Source: Lingula anatina (lineage: Eukaryota > Animalia > Brachiopoda). From it: DNA of 64,000 nucleotides. The DNA is taken from the NCBI GenBank assembly GCA_051362555.1, contig CM120647.1, positions 13,430,651-13,494,650 of the forward strand, in the 5' to 3' direction. The first letter of the stretch is position 1; every line of letters begins with the position of its first letter. Below the pieces are notes generated by a model, which made no database searches, was not told the origin of the DNA, and saw only the letters and a list, made by a program, of their open reading frames with translations. Below are positions 1-13,389 of this stretch, in pieces. Position numbers and translations under genes: made by a program.

Positions 1-314
1 TTATAAACTGTTTGAAACAAAGGGATGTGTGAGGCCTGCCATGTAGGCCTATATGCCTTCTCATGCCTTGTCACAAAATCAGCCTAACAGCGTGTTAGAA
101 TTTAGTTTATTTACTACGTCTTCATAAACTTTCGTGTGGTACATAAGCTTGCTACTTTTGTATAATTGCGGTCTAAGGCGACAATTTAGGCGTACAGCGT
201 TTTAGCTTAGCTCCGCTTCGCGCGGGTTTTCAGGCGTTTCATTTTTTAGTCTGGCATGACGTCACGACTCGCTTTGGACTATCTCGGATGCTTCCCATCT
301 ATTTTGGTACTCAC

Positions 315-3300
315 GTTTGCACACTCCGATGTCCTCTTCCATATCATACGCCTCTGTGTATGCACAGCTCCTGCGCTATATGACACCAACCATAGAAGAG
401 ACTGTGTAAATACGTATTTTGCAATATATAGGTTTGACTATTATTATAGAAGAAATATGAACTTACGATTAATTAAAAATAAATGTAGAAAAATATTGGT
501 CCAACCATAACAATAAAGCTGTATTATCATTTATTTTATCAACATACTTAGCTACAACTAACAAATTGAATGGTGGCACATGTTTTCGCCAAACACCGCC
601 GTTTGCTAATATTAACGTTATGCAAACAAGGAAATGTATATTACTATAAGTGAGAAGTTAAATCATTCAAATTACCAATAAAAGTCTTTGCCGTGTCCGT
701 CTGTTATTCCGGTCACATTTTGACCACTCTGACCATGGGGACACATCTGTATAAAAAAAAAAAGAAATATAGTTTTAAAAATCCTCATCGCGATCAAATA
801 AATACACAGTCTTTTTGTGCAAAGCATTTCCTATATACTCGGTCCTGCATGGTGGCATGTTGGCTGCGGTTGAAACCCAGCATACACAGCGTTATTATAA
901 CGTTACCGTAACGTTTATATTACCCCAAAACTTTACGGTAACGTTATTATAACGTTACCATAACGTTTATATAACAAAAACATTAAGGCATCAAAACGTT
1001 CTGCTTGCGCTGGGAAAGCATATAACGTGATCCCGAGCTTAGCTCTATAGTAATGTCCCATTGCATTTTTACGTGATGTACTTACTGCTCATACAGGCCA
1101 GCACGATTTCTACGTGAGCTCCATTATTCTTTGTAATGTTTCTGTCCGGTGTACAGGTTCCGGTCACGTGGTCTAGTAATGGGCGGGGCACACTTATGGG
1201 ATCACTGTCAAAGATAAGATTCAGATATAGCATGTAAACGGTAAAATAATGCATGTTCATTGCCAAATATCCAAACAGTTTAGTACTTAAAAAAATAAAT
1301 TCGATAATGTGATCAGGTGAATTTATAAGTATTTATCCAAATCTCTGTTTATTTTATTTATAGGTGATAACAAGATGCTTGACTTGCATTTTGGATATCT
1401 CTACGCATAGTTTCTACCCCATTAAGTTAAAAGTACATTAGTTGCATTTAAACGCACCTTTTGTGATGAAATAATACAAATAACTATACTTACATAACCC
1501 CTGTCGTAAATATAGTGCATCCTAGAATCACAGGTGCCACCAGTTCTGCAGGACAACGTACTGAAGGCTTGAAAGTAGTATTTTCTAAATCTCCAAGGTT
1601 CTGTTTGAATTCTTGGTAGTGTACTCTTGAGTGCCTACATTCTTCGGCGCATGTTAGAATAGACTGGAAATAACATGTTCAAGTTTAAAGATGGCAGGGT
1701 GATCTTGTGTAAAGATGTATCTATGTAAGACTCACTTGCTTCATACTAAAAATGAAATATGTATGTTCGAAATGAGTGTAAAATGGCATAACTTTCGGAA
1801 GTCAAAATAACTGTAGTCACAGTGCAGTACCAATGATGCTTAATCATAAGACGACTTTATTAATACAGAAATATAGAAGGCGGTTATTACAGGGCTCGAA
1901 GTGCTAAAACGTTTTATGGGACGAAATATATATCTCAGAGTAAAATTTTACATGGATTTTAGCCTGAAACAACCTTTTCGTTGCAGCGTTAATTAAATAC
2001 ACACATACTAAAACATTATCGGTGTTGATTCCGCTTCCAACGGCATGAGCGTCGCAAACCAACTGGCCGCCAAAGAGACCTCGGTGCAGCCGTGGTATAC
2101 AGCCTCCGGGGATATCCTTGTTTATACATCCACACTGTATGGGCACTTGGTTCTCTGACGGACACCGGGGAGACCCGACGACAACTGAAATATGGAGATC
2201 AAGCTTATGTGATGTCATGACTTTGCTTTCTGCAAGGGCAACACGCGCGTGCGGGCGTGCACACATGCGCCATCTCAGTGATACCAAGTCTACTGTAATA
2301 ACAGGCCTACCCAACTACCAGACTCGGCACCGAATGATCCTGAATTCACCGGTAGATCAGACCACACTACCCGTTTTCAAGGTGTGTGTCAGATCGCATT
2401 ACACAGTATCAGACGCGACACCGCTCTTGCTTAGTACGCGATGTGATAGTGACGATTCTCAGCGGGGTTGAAAAGCATTGCATCACCACTCAAAATTTGT
2501 TCAGGGTATGATACTGTGTAATGCGATCTGATACACACCTTGAAAACGGGTAGTGTGGTCTGATATACCGGTGAATTCAGGATCATTCGGTGCCGAGTCT
2601 GGTAGTTGGGTAGGCCTGAATAAGCCGCATCTTTAACTACGCGAAGACCAGATATTTTACCAAAATCTGGCACAGAATTTAACTTTCCTTCAGTGCCTAC
2701 TTAAACAGATAATCCGCCTGCCAGTAGATGCATACTGGTTAAAGTAAGCGTGACGTAAATGGGTCAAAATCTAGCGCTGACTGTTTGACTTGACAATTCG
2801 ATTTCGAAACATCATGAACCACAAGTACAATCTGGTATGGAAAAATGAATCCGGGGTTTTACACTTTCAGTACAAATCAAACAAAAGGAAAACGTTACTA
2901 TGCTATTAATGTTTACAAGGATATCACCTTACCTTTGTTTGTGGTGCACTTATTCTTGACTCCACTTACAGCTTTCACTTCTCCCGAAGAGTCAAAGAAT
3001 CCGTTCAAACGCCTGGAGCGAGAGCTTGTCCCAAAACATGCATTTGCCGTATTCTCCGAAAGTTGGCGCCGTAGTATCAATACACCAGTTTTAGTCACCT
3101 GTTGGTGACTTTCGTTGCTTCGTGTCACAACGTGTAGTGTATCATTTTCCATCACGGTTTCCAAGTCACTCTCAACTGGGACTTCACTGTATGACTCGTT
3201 CGCTGCACGTTCAACTGTCTGTTGATAAATATTTCCGCATTTTTGGTGTGCTTCATAGTCAATAGGTGGTGCCACAGGCGTCAAATATCGTATAAAGGTG

Positions 3301-6300
3301 TAAGCAACACAGCGCGTCTCCTATAATTGAATTAATGATCAATAATTCAATTAAAATTAATAAATAGTCATCTTTTTCAAACATTAGTGAACACAACTTA
3401 TTTAGGATTGTGCTTGATTAATATCATGTATGAACTGCCAACAGAATATACACTTTTGATATAGCAATGTAAGTATAGATGCTTAAGAGCAACAATATGC
3501 GATGCAAATACAAACAAACAAAACAAAACCATTAGTTACATATTAAACAAATATTTCTATGTAATAAACTTGTTTTACAAACAACCAGACACTGTTTACA
3601 GCTATCCTTGTGAGATCTCAATTTTTATAAATTCAACTAACTTTTATCATACCTTGCTGCACTCGAGCGCACATTCCTCTTCAGATTTTCCGCCGAGGAA
3701 GAGGAATCGGTCCACCCCGTCAAAATCTTCTTCCAAGGATAACACCACGTGGTCGTTAAACTGTTGGTAATCGCATGAAGGATAAACCTGCAAGTCTTAA
3801 TTAAGGGCGTCAATGAATATGAGGGGTAGGCCTACGTACTTCCAGTTCAGTTGACAGTGCTTAATTTGATGCTGTGTCATCTTTTCTGAATGCTTCGAAG
3901 ATAGTTTTACTATTACATTTTACCATTTAAACTTTAAACAAAACAAAAGACATGACGTACATTCTCTAATGGGTAACTCTTAAACTTTTCATTAAATATT
4001 ATATTATTACATTATTTAAATTAATTTAAATACACCCACCATCACATGAGGTACCTGTCCACGGTTGCTCACAGTTACAGCTGAAGGATCCGCCCACATT
4101 TGTGCAAGTACCGCCATTTTGACACGGATTGTCCACACACAGGTCGGGAGCTGAAGTATTGATATTTCACATATGTAAAATGTATTGTGAAGATGGCTAT
4201 ATTTTTATTGAGATTTATACATGATTAATAGTGTTCTTGTGTCTAAAATTTATTGTAAGGCGTCTAAGTTAACACCGATAAATATTAACATATATGGAAA
4301 CTCAAATAACAAGCAGCACACAAACATACAAATTAAATTAAAATTAATTAAAAAATAATAGCCAAGAAAAAACATTAAGATACCCCGACTTACCTTGACA
4401 GGTGAGGCCTACCCAACCTTGGCCACACGTACAGGTAAAACCACCGATATGCTCCTGACACGTCCCTCCATTGAAACATGGATTTACAGCACACTCATCT
4501 ATGTCTACAATTGAAATGTATGAGGGCATTACAAAGTGGGTTGGCTTTGTTCAAAGGGTTTTTAAAAAGAAACTCTGTGTTCGATTCAACTTTTTAATTG
4601 CATCTAAAAACAAGTCATTGCCAATTAACATGCCAAAAATTCTGCGTTGCTAAACTATTCTACTTAGTCTCAAACAGTTAGTCACGTTATCCTAAATAGC
4701 GCGTTTGCTGAGTGGGATTCTGCACATATGATAAAGTGATACATCAACGACATCAGATAAGATAAGAGTTTATTTAGCCAATTATAAAAATCGGAAATCA
4801 TTTTCTTTTGGAGCAATATACAGAGTAAAATAATAAAATAATACAATAAATAAATAAATTAAGAATTTAGTTTTGAGATCAAATTAAAATGCGTCACTGC
4901 ACTTGGATAAAAGCTGTTTAAAAAGCGTTTACTGCCTTTAAAAGTTAAAGTCTACTGTTGCTTGGTAAAAAAGTAAAAAGAGATGATGCAGGATGGAAAC
5001 AGTCTTTCATGGTGTTGACAATTCTTTTCTCCATTCTGTCTTTAAAAATATCATCCAGCTTGGGGAGATCCTGCCCAATAATCCTGCTTGCAGTTTTTAC
5101 AACGTTTGTTAATTTCTTCCTTTCCTCCCCAGCTGTTCCGCTATACCATATTATAATTCCGTACGCTAGAATACTTTCAATTACACACCTGTAAAAATTG
5201 ACTAAAATAGGCACGCTATCAGTAAAAGTTCTCAATGATCTTTAAAAATACAGTCTTTGCCGTGCCTTCTTTACACTCTTTGCGGTGTTATCCTTCCAAT
5301 TCAATTTACTGTTAAGGTGTATACCAAGTAGTTTAAATTCCTCTACTCTACTAATTTCAACATTACCAATGGTGAGTGGTACCTTTACATTCTGATTCCT
5401 TCTAAAATCCACTTTTTTAGCTACGTTCAAGATAAGATCATTACTCTCGCACCAGCTTAACACCGACTCAACAGATTCTCTATATGTACTCTCGTCATTA
5501 TCAGTAACTAGCCCCACAAGCGTAGTATCATCCGCAAATTTCATGAGAAAAGTCCCGTCGCTTACACTAGTACAATCATAGGTAAAAAGGGAGTAAAGAC
5601 AAGGTGAAAGGACGCATCCCTGTGGTGCACCGGTATTTAAGACTGTTGTTTTTTAGCTAAAAGAGCCGACTTTAACAGATTGTCTTCTATCTAAAAGAAA
5701 GTCTAAAATCCAGTCACAAATAAAAACAGGTAGCTTAAGATGGTTTAAAAGTTTCAGATATAGTTTTTTTGGCACAATTGTGTTAAAAGCTGAACTGTAG
5801 TCAATAAATAAAATCCTTGCATAAGAATGTTTGTTATCTAAGTGTTGTAGTACAGTGTGTAGGCACAGATTAATTGCATCTTCAACATTTCTGTTAGATC
5901 GGTAAGCGAACTGCAGTGGGTCCAAGGTTTCCGGCACAATTTCTTTAATAAAATTTAAAACTAATTTTTCTAAAATTTTCATGGGCACCGGAGTCAGAGC
6001 CACGGGTCTAAGATCGTTTAAGCTGGAAACTCGGTCGGATTTTGGTACCGGGATGATAGACGCCGTCTTCCAGAGCAATGGTACTTTGCGGATTTGTAGA
6101 GACGCATAAATTGCCGTTTTACTTGCCAGGGGTGAATGGTGAGCGAAACTGCTTCAGTATTGTCAGCTTGGGAAGTCGGAGGTAAAACCGTTGTAGAAGA
6201 ACTATTGTCTTTATCAAAGCGTGCATAAAGGTCATTCAGTTTATCCGGTAGTGACGCATCTCCTTTGTCAGCAGAGTGTTTTGAGCCCTTGTAGTTAGTA

Positions 6301-9300
6301 ATTAAGGATATATTTGACCACAATTCCCCAGAGTTCTTAGTGTTAAAAAGCTTTCCTCTATTTTGCTTTTCATGCATTTCTTAGCCTCTTTGATCGCCTT
6401 CTTCAGTTGGTTATTAAGAAAATCGCACTCCTGGGTTGCACTTACATACCAAGCTTATGGTCCGAATTCAACAGAACACGCAAAAATGGTCACAATTTGC
6501 AAAATGTTAGAACAATAAGTTGTAGAGAGGAAGATTAATACAGTGGAGTATTTAGGGGGGTGTCAGGGGGAACCTGGCCCCTCCCCTTCGATTTCTGAAA
6601 TAAAATCACACCAATGGTCCCCTCTTCAAATTAGAATTTTGACTAGCTGAATCATAGTTCTACACCCTGTAATAGACCAGTTTGGCAGCTCCACAGTAAT
6701 AAAGCGTGTTAAAACTTTTAATTAACTCGTCACATCCCGATATAAAAGTTTACGAACTTGCATATATCTTACCTGTTTCGCACACTTCTCCTGTGTAACC
6801 AAGGGGACAGTCGCACGTGAAAGTGTCCATGCCGCCCTGACACACCCCACAATTCAAGCATGGCCGACTGGAACATTCGTCAATCTCTGATATGATAAAT
6901 GGGATAACTTAAAGATAGAGTTGCAATTAAATCTAAGTTTTTATCATTTGTCTTAAACTAAAATAACCAGATGGAACAAAACTATGAATTTGGCTTAACT
7001 GGAGTAGCTTAAAAAACACCATTTTTTTAATTACTCAAATATACTTAGTGACATAATTTGAGTGATAACAAACGCAACAAATAAATTAAACAAAATAAAG
7101 AGGTGCAGTGGAGCCAATGCGTGCTTTCAATTTCGCACCCTTTTTCAGAACTAAATGTTGACTTGCTACATAGGGTATAAAGGATAATAAAACAACAAGC
7201 AACTCAAGGTACTAGCTGTCGGTAGTATCACGGGTGTATTTTGGTCAATTCTTACCTGTTTCACACAATTCCCCAGTAAAGCCTGGCGCGCATGCGCAAA
7301 CATAATTATTCCCCGAAAACATGCACGTCCCACCGTTTAAACAGTCAGTAGACACAGAGCACTCATTATGCATTGCTGCAAATGTAACAATATGAATACA
7401 TTATAAGGAACAACAGAATACGCATGATCAATCAATCAACACACACCGTAAAGTGTAAAATAAATACGAATATCTTAAGTGAAAATAAGAATAAAACAAT
7501 TGGTAGTTATAAAATAAAAATAAAACTGTAATCTAAAGAATAATTCTTACAGGAAATATATTTCTCATAACGTCTAGGGGCACCTTACTATATCTACCTT
7601 ATGGAAAGAGAGACAAGGAAAGGAGAAAGAGAGAGAGGCTGGGGGGGAGAGAGGGGGGAAGAGAGGGGAATGAAATAAATGAGAGAGATAGAGAAGGGAC
7701 ATACATGGAATCCGTGTTTGGCATAATACACCAGTTGTATCATTTTTGCATGCGCAGCTAAACATATTCACCATATCATTACATGTTCCGCCATTGAAAC
7801 ACGGGTTGCTGCTACATTCGTTCATTTCTGCAAAATATAATGCTCCAAAGATAAAAAAAGTGTTTCAAAATATGTAATAACACTTTAATTTTATAAACTG
7901 CTAAAAAAACTACGTCAACATTTCAATATGGACACGAAAGTAATTTCAGAAGACATAATCAGTCATGCATTCAAAGTATATTTATCTGTATAACTTGTAA
8001 TTTAAATATCTAAAGCATCAACTTAAATGATCTTACATAACATACCCGTCTCACAGAAAACTCCTGTGAAGCCTGCTACGCATGCGCAGTAGAATCCATT
8101 GACTTCGTCGTGGCACGTGGCTCCGTTATGGCAAGGGTCGCTTTCACACTCGTTTATGTCTTATGAAAGAAAAAGAAAAACTATGATAAAGGTTCTCATT
8201 TTACACTTAACATATACAGCATTGAAACAGCTCGTGGCTACGTTTGGATTCGTACTCTCTCAAATTCAGTGTAATGTTAGTGAATACAGAAAACTATTTG
8301 TTTCAAACAATTCAAATACTGACAGATCAGGCTACTTCTGAGTACAAATAAGAGTTTAAACAATCGCACTGACCCGTGCTGGGGGACCAAGCGTTACTCC
8401 TACATTGGCCAAAGCCCTTTTTCGCGCAAATATGACAAGAGAACTAAAGCATACATTTCACTTAAGTTGCCCTGAACGGACCATTTATTATTTTTTGTTG
8501 TAGGTATCTTATTCTCTTATAAAACAAATGCAGCGATTGAATTTGTGTGCTAATAAATCACATGATGAATTGCTATATCTCCGTTGTTTAGTTAAAAGAA
8601 AACCCGCTAGAGGCGCTATTAGTGCAGTTACGTCATTGAAGGCTAACAAAACGCCAAGTATTCTAAAAAGATGGCAGGTTGGACTTGCTAAGAATATTTT
8701 AGACAGACTTTTGACGGCCATACGATACCCGTTTCACAAAGCGTTCCCGTCCAGCCGGCCTCACAGGCGCAATAAAACATACGATATAAGTCTACGCATC
8801 GTCCGTTCAGGCATGGGCGGTTTATACACTCGTCAAGATCTGCAAGAGAGAAGGTCCCGTCAGGGGTAATATGTATAGTATCCATGATGTATTCATGAAG
8901 CATCCAAGTATCCGATTTAACATTTAGAGAATTGAAAATAATTGAAGATTAATTGTGAATTTAAGTCTTATTTCTTTTAGTTATTCAATTTATTTATTTG
9001 GTGGAAAACAGGAATAACAAACTTATATTTCAAGATTGACTCAATATCAAGGCAGCTCTCTCCTCTATTGGCCTTGCTGTCATATGTAGCCATGGTATCT
9101 AAAAACGACATCCATTAATTCGGGTAAAAGTATGATTAACATCGACAAAAAGTTCATGTGATCGAGTAGAAAAAGGAGTCGACTTACCGTTCGCCATAAC
9201 AGTCTCGTAAAGGAAATCGCTTGAGATGCTGAAACCGATTGAAAGCGTGAACAGTCATCAAGTATATTCTATAAATCTATACGAATTTGTGAACGGTCCT

Positions 9301-11199
9301 TCAGTTTTACTATGTAAGATCCAGTTAAGCTTATAGTATATTTTACATATTATTTTTTACCTATGTGAGGCATCTAATAAACAAATAGATAGATAAATAA
9401 ATAAATAAATTGATAACAACTTTGGACTTTTGGATATCGCTAACATCAGTGCCTCACTCTCTTATATTCACTGCATAACAGCCAATAGTAAAATAGCCAG
9501 TCTGGTTTGCCATCGGCGTCCACGAGATATCAACATAATACATATTCTCAGACATCTGCTCCACGGTAGTTCTCGTGACACCGTACGGTGCAAGCAGGAT
9601 AAATTCATCTATGCTAGAAAAATTAAAATGTGAAGCAGAAAACGAGCTGAATCCAATGGAATTGACCTTAAAACAAGAATCAACAAACGAAATTGATCAA
9701 ATGCAACGTATCGGATTTCTTTTTCTTAAATCTACTTTTCCCTTTTTTAACATGGCGTTCAAGCCACTCTGTACCCTAATGTCGGTTGCATGACGTGGAA
9801 AAAACCTAGCCAAAACAAAGAACAGAAATGTGCAAAGATAGTGAATACACAGAAAAAATGTCTTCAAATATCTAGTAAATATAATTTTCTTTTGGGAATC
9901 TTTCTAAGGGATGTTTGAGTTCGGTCTTGGGGACTAGGAATCAGATTTCTTTATTGATACGTAGTATACTCCTTCACAAATAAAGTACATTCATGGGAAT
10001 AGATATCTAACTGCATCTCTACACAAATAAATCAGTACACTATACATACGGCAACCGGCTTAGAATTCGGACCCTCCTGTGGAAACTCGCAGCCGGCGCG
10101 ATGGCTGTGGGCCCGGAAGACAGTCCAGACTTCAACAAGACAGGGATGTCGTCGTAGCTGCCAATTTCCAATGCTTTGATCAGAACCTAGTCAAATGACA
10201 TGACAGTGAATGTCATATACACACCTTACATACGCACAGATGCAATATGACTGTTGTGATATATGCTTGATTCGGGTGTTTTTTGGTGAAATGTAATTAT
10301 TTTTTCTCGGTATGCATGTCAAATAACGCACTGCCACCCTCTCGCCATACATAAACATTGAACATCTCGGTGCCCTTCGAGCTGTTTGGGCAAATATCGC
10401 TCAGGTTGACAGTGTATTATCTCACTCACAAACGTATTGACAGAGCAATCGGAAAAAAAACAAACAGGTGTCAGTTTTGGCGCCTTTAAATAGACGCCCA
10501 GATCTTGGTTTAGTAAACAAGCTTGTCCGTTACGTTAATTTAAAGATCTGTAACATTGAGCGATAGGCCTTATAAATAACTCAGCAGTATTTACACGGTA
10601 GGATGAGCTCACTGAGACAGTTTGGCAACACATGATGACCGCCAAGAAAAAGAAATTCTCGCTGTTAGAACTCTGATAAAGGATGTCACAAAAATAATAA
10701 TAATAATAATAAAAAATAAATCAATCAATAAATAAATAATAATGATAATGCCACGGTGACCTGTAGAGTTAATCTATTGTTCTTTATTTAATGAGAACAG
10801 AGACATGGCAATTCTAGAGTTTGTCTTTAGACCAATATATGAGATAAGTAAAACAAACTACGTTAAAACTACTAAAATAACTATTTTTTTACAAATTAAT
10901 TACTGTGACAAGCAGTTTGTGCTGATGAATGTCAGTTTTTAGTATAAACGTTTTACACAAATTTGGCGTTTATCACAACGACAAATCAATTATATATTCA
11001 CCAAATTAGAAATAAGCTTACATGCTTACCTGTAAAGGTACAGCAGACAACGGAGTCTCATCATTCTTCGTGGCTCCACCTAGCGTGATAGGTCTGCGCG
11101 GGAAATCTTCAATGATAAGCGCGACAGCATACAAATCGCCATGATTGAAAACATCGGTGTTGGGTATATACAGCGTGCAGTTCTGAAATATAAACAGAC

Positions 11200-11239
<40 letters not shown>

Positions 11240-13328
11240 AAGAGATAGAAAAGAAAATGGTCGGGATGTAGTTTGTCTTTCCAAAGTATACTTTTGTTCC
11301 TTATGTCTAAACAATGTAACAATGTATTATGAAACGATTCTCAAACAAAACAAGCGGGCTTTGCCGAATTTGGCTCTCAACATAGAAGTGCCTGGACATA
11401 TGTCCACATACGCCAATAGACTCACGTCGTACAAAATGGCCCCTTTCAGCCTGCCGCACACGCTGCCGCACTCCGTATCTCCGTGCCCCCAGCGGCACCG
11501 GACAAAATCACCCTCTGGGTCCAGCACCGGGAACTCTATGGTGGCGTCACATCCACGGCAGACATTTATCCTGAAACCGAAAGGTAAATAGTATCACAGT
11601 TTCGGCACGTAGTCATAAAAAGGACCAAGACATTATTACACCATGAATACGCACGCCATGTATACGTACAAGCACGTACACAACGTTAAGACAGACATAC
11701 CGGTAAGTGCACATGCACGCACTTTAACACACATCAACACATACAAGCACTTACACACGTGGGCATGCATCAACAGATCCGATAAGAGGATGGACATTCA
11801 TACATAAGCGCACACAAACAAACACACTCGCATAAATAAACAAACGCGCACACACTCACGCATTAGTATACACAAAAACCAGAGACACAAGCAAATAAAT
11901 AAGTACACATGCAAACACAAACAAATGCGCTGGCGAGCGCACACCTACTCACACCTTCACACACAAACACACGCGCGTGCATGCACAAGCACACACGCAG
12001 ACACACACATACGCACCTGTATGCCATCAATCCATAGGACTGGGGACTAGAGTTGGGCTTGTTGACGTCACTGCGGTAGCCTAGGTTTACCTGTGTGAGG
12101 ACACTGAACGCCTCTCCACCACGCTCTGTTAGACCGATCCACGCCGACCCCGTAAAACTGGAACGCACAGGCATATTTATGTCAAGTTTATAAATCTTTA
12201 AATGGAGCAGTGGCGGATTTAGAGGGAGGGGAGGGGGGGGGGGGGTCAGGGTGGTCCTGACCCCCACACCCCTTCGGTTTCTGAAAAATATGTCACAGCG
12301 ATATTCCCTCTTTAAATTAGAATTTTGACTAGCTAAATCATAGATTTAAACAGTACCAAAGGGCTCTGTTTGCTCTCCAAAACAAAAAATTTTCTGGGCC
12401 CTTGATTAGGCCCCAAACCTTAGACCAAAAGGTCGGCTTTGCATCCGAGGCCTGTCATTCCGGACCCCCCTTCAAATAACCCTGGAACCGCCCCTGTGGA
12501 CTGATGGTTCATTCTAGTTAACATCTAAGCGAGAGAGACGCAACCTTGTCAACTATAATAAATTCTATGGCCAGTGACAGCTTTAATCAAATAATGTATG
12601 TAAAACATGACTGGAAGACTATCAAACAGAACAGTAACTCGTGAGTCATAATCAATATTAGTCTAAACTTGGACAAATAATTCGTATCATTTGTCCAAGA
12701 TCTAAATTAGTGAAACCAGCCTTTGTCTACCACTTACCCGAGCACATAGCGTCCAAAGGTTTGAAAGGTGTAATCAAACGCTCTCTCGCCCTCCTCATAG
12801 TATTCTGTGGTGCTGACAGCTGTCACCGTGTACACGTGGTTTGACAAGTGTCTGGAACGCAGACAACCTGGTCCTGGCGACGGCGGGGGAAAAAAGAGGA
12901 CAGAAAAAGATGACAACGATGTCAAATAAATTATTTGAATTTTTCTTGTCGATGTACGATGATAATGAGGCGCAGCTTCTGCAGGCGCTTAAACCCCCTC
13001 TACACACGACGGCGTCCTTTCTGCGTCCTGTAGTACGGTCCCGTTTGAAAGTAAAAAGAAAAAAAAAACTTTTCGTGCCGCCAACTGGCCGATCAATAAG
13101 CATCCAGATGCCTGTGCCTCTTCTCTACGACCACAGCGATGCCAATTTCATGGTTGCACAATAGACGCAGAAAAGACGCCGTCCAGTGTAAAGGGGGTTT
13201 TAGGCAAGTGGGTGTGGTATTCGAATGAACGGCTAAAACTGGCCGGGGCAAGAGCATGTTCTCAACACGGAAGATCGTGTCATATTGGACGAAGTAATAG
13301 ATCATCTTTCGTGAAAAACTGTCATATT

Positions 13329-13389
<61 letters not shown>

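Noticed and set aside
2118-2673. Two ORFs on opposite strands with nearly identical peptides
   Set aside because: Artefact of the inverted arms of the foldback MITE.
3653-3795. Apparent frame incompatibility (possible pseudogene) after the last EGF exon
   Set aside because: Resolved by the TTAAG acceptor at 3795 (phase 1) rather than the CAG 8 nt further in.
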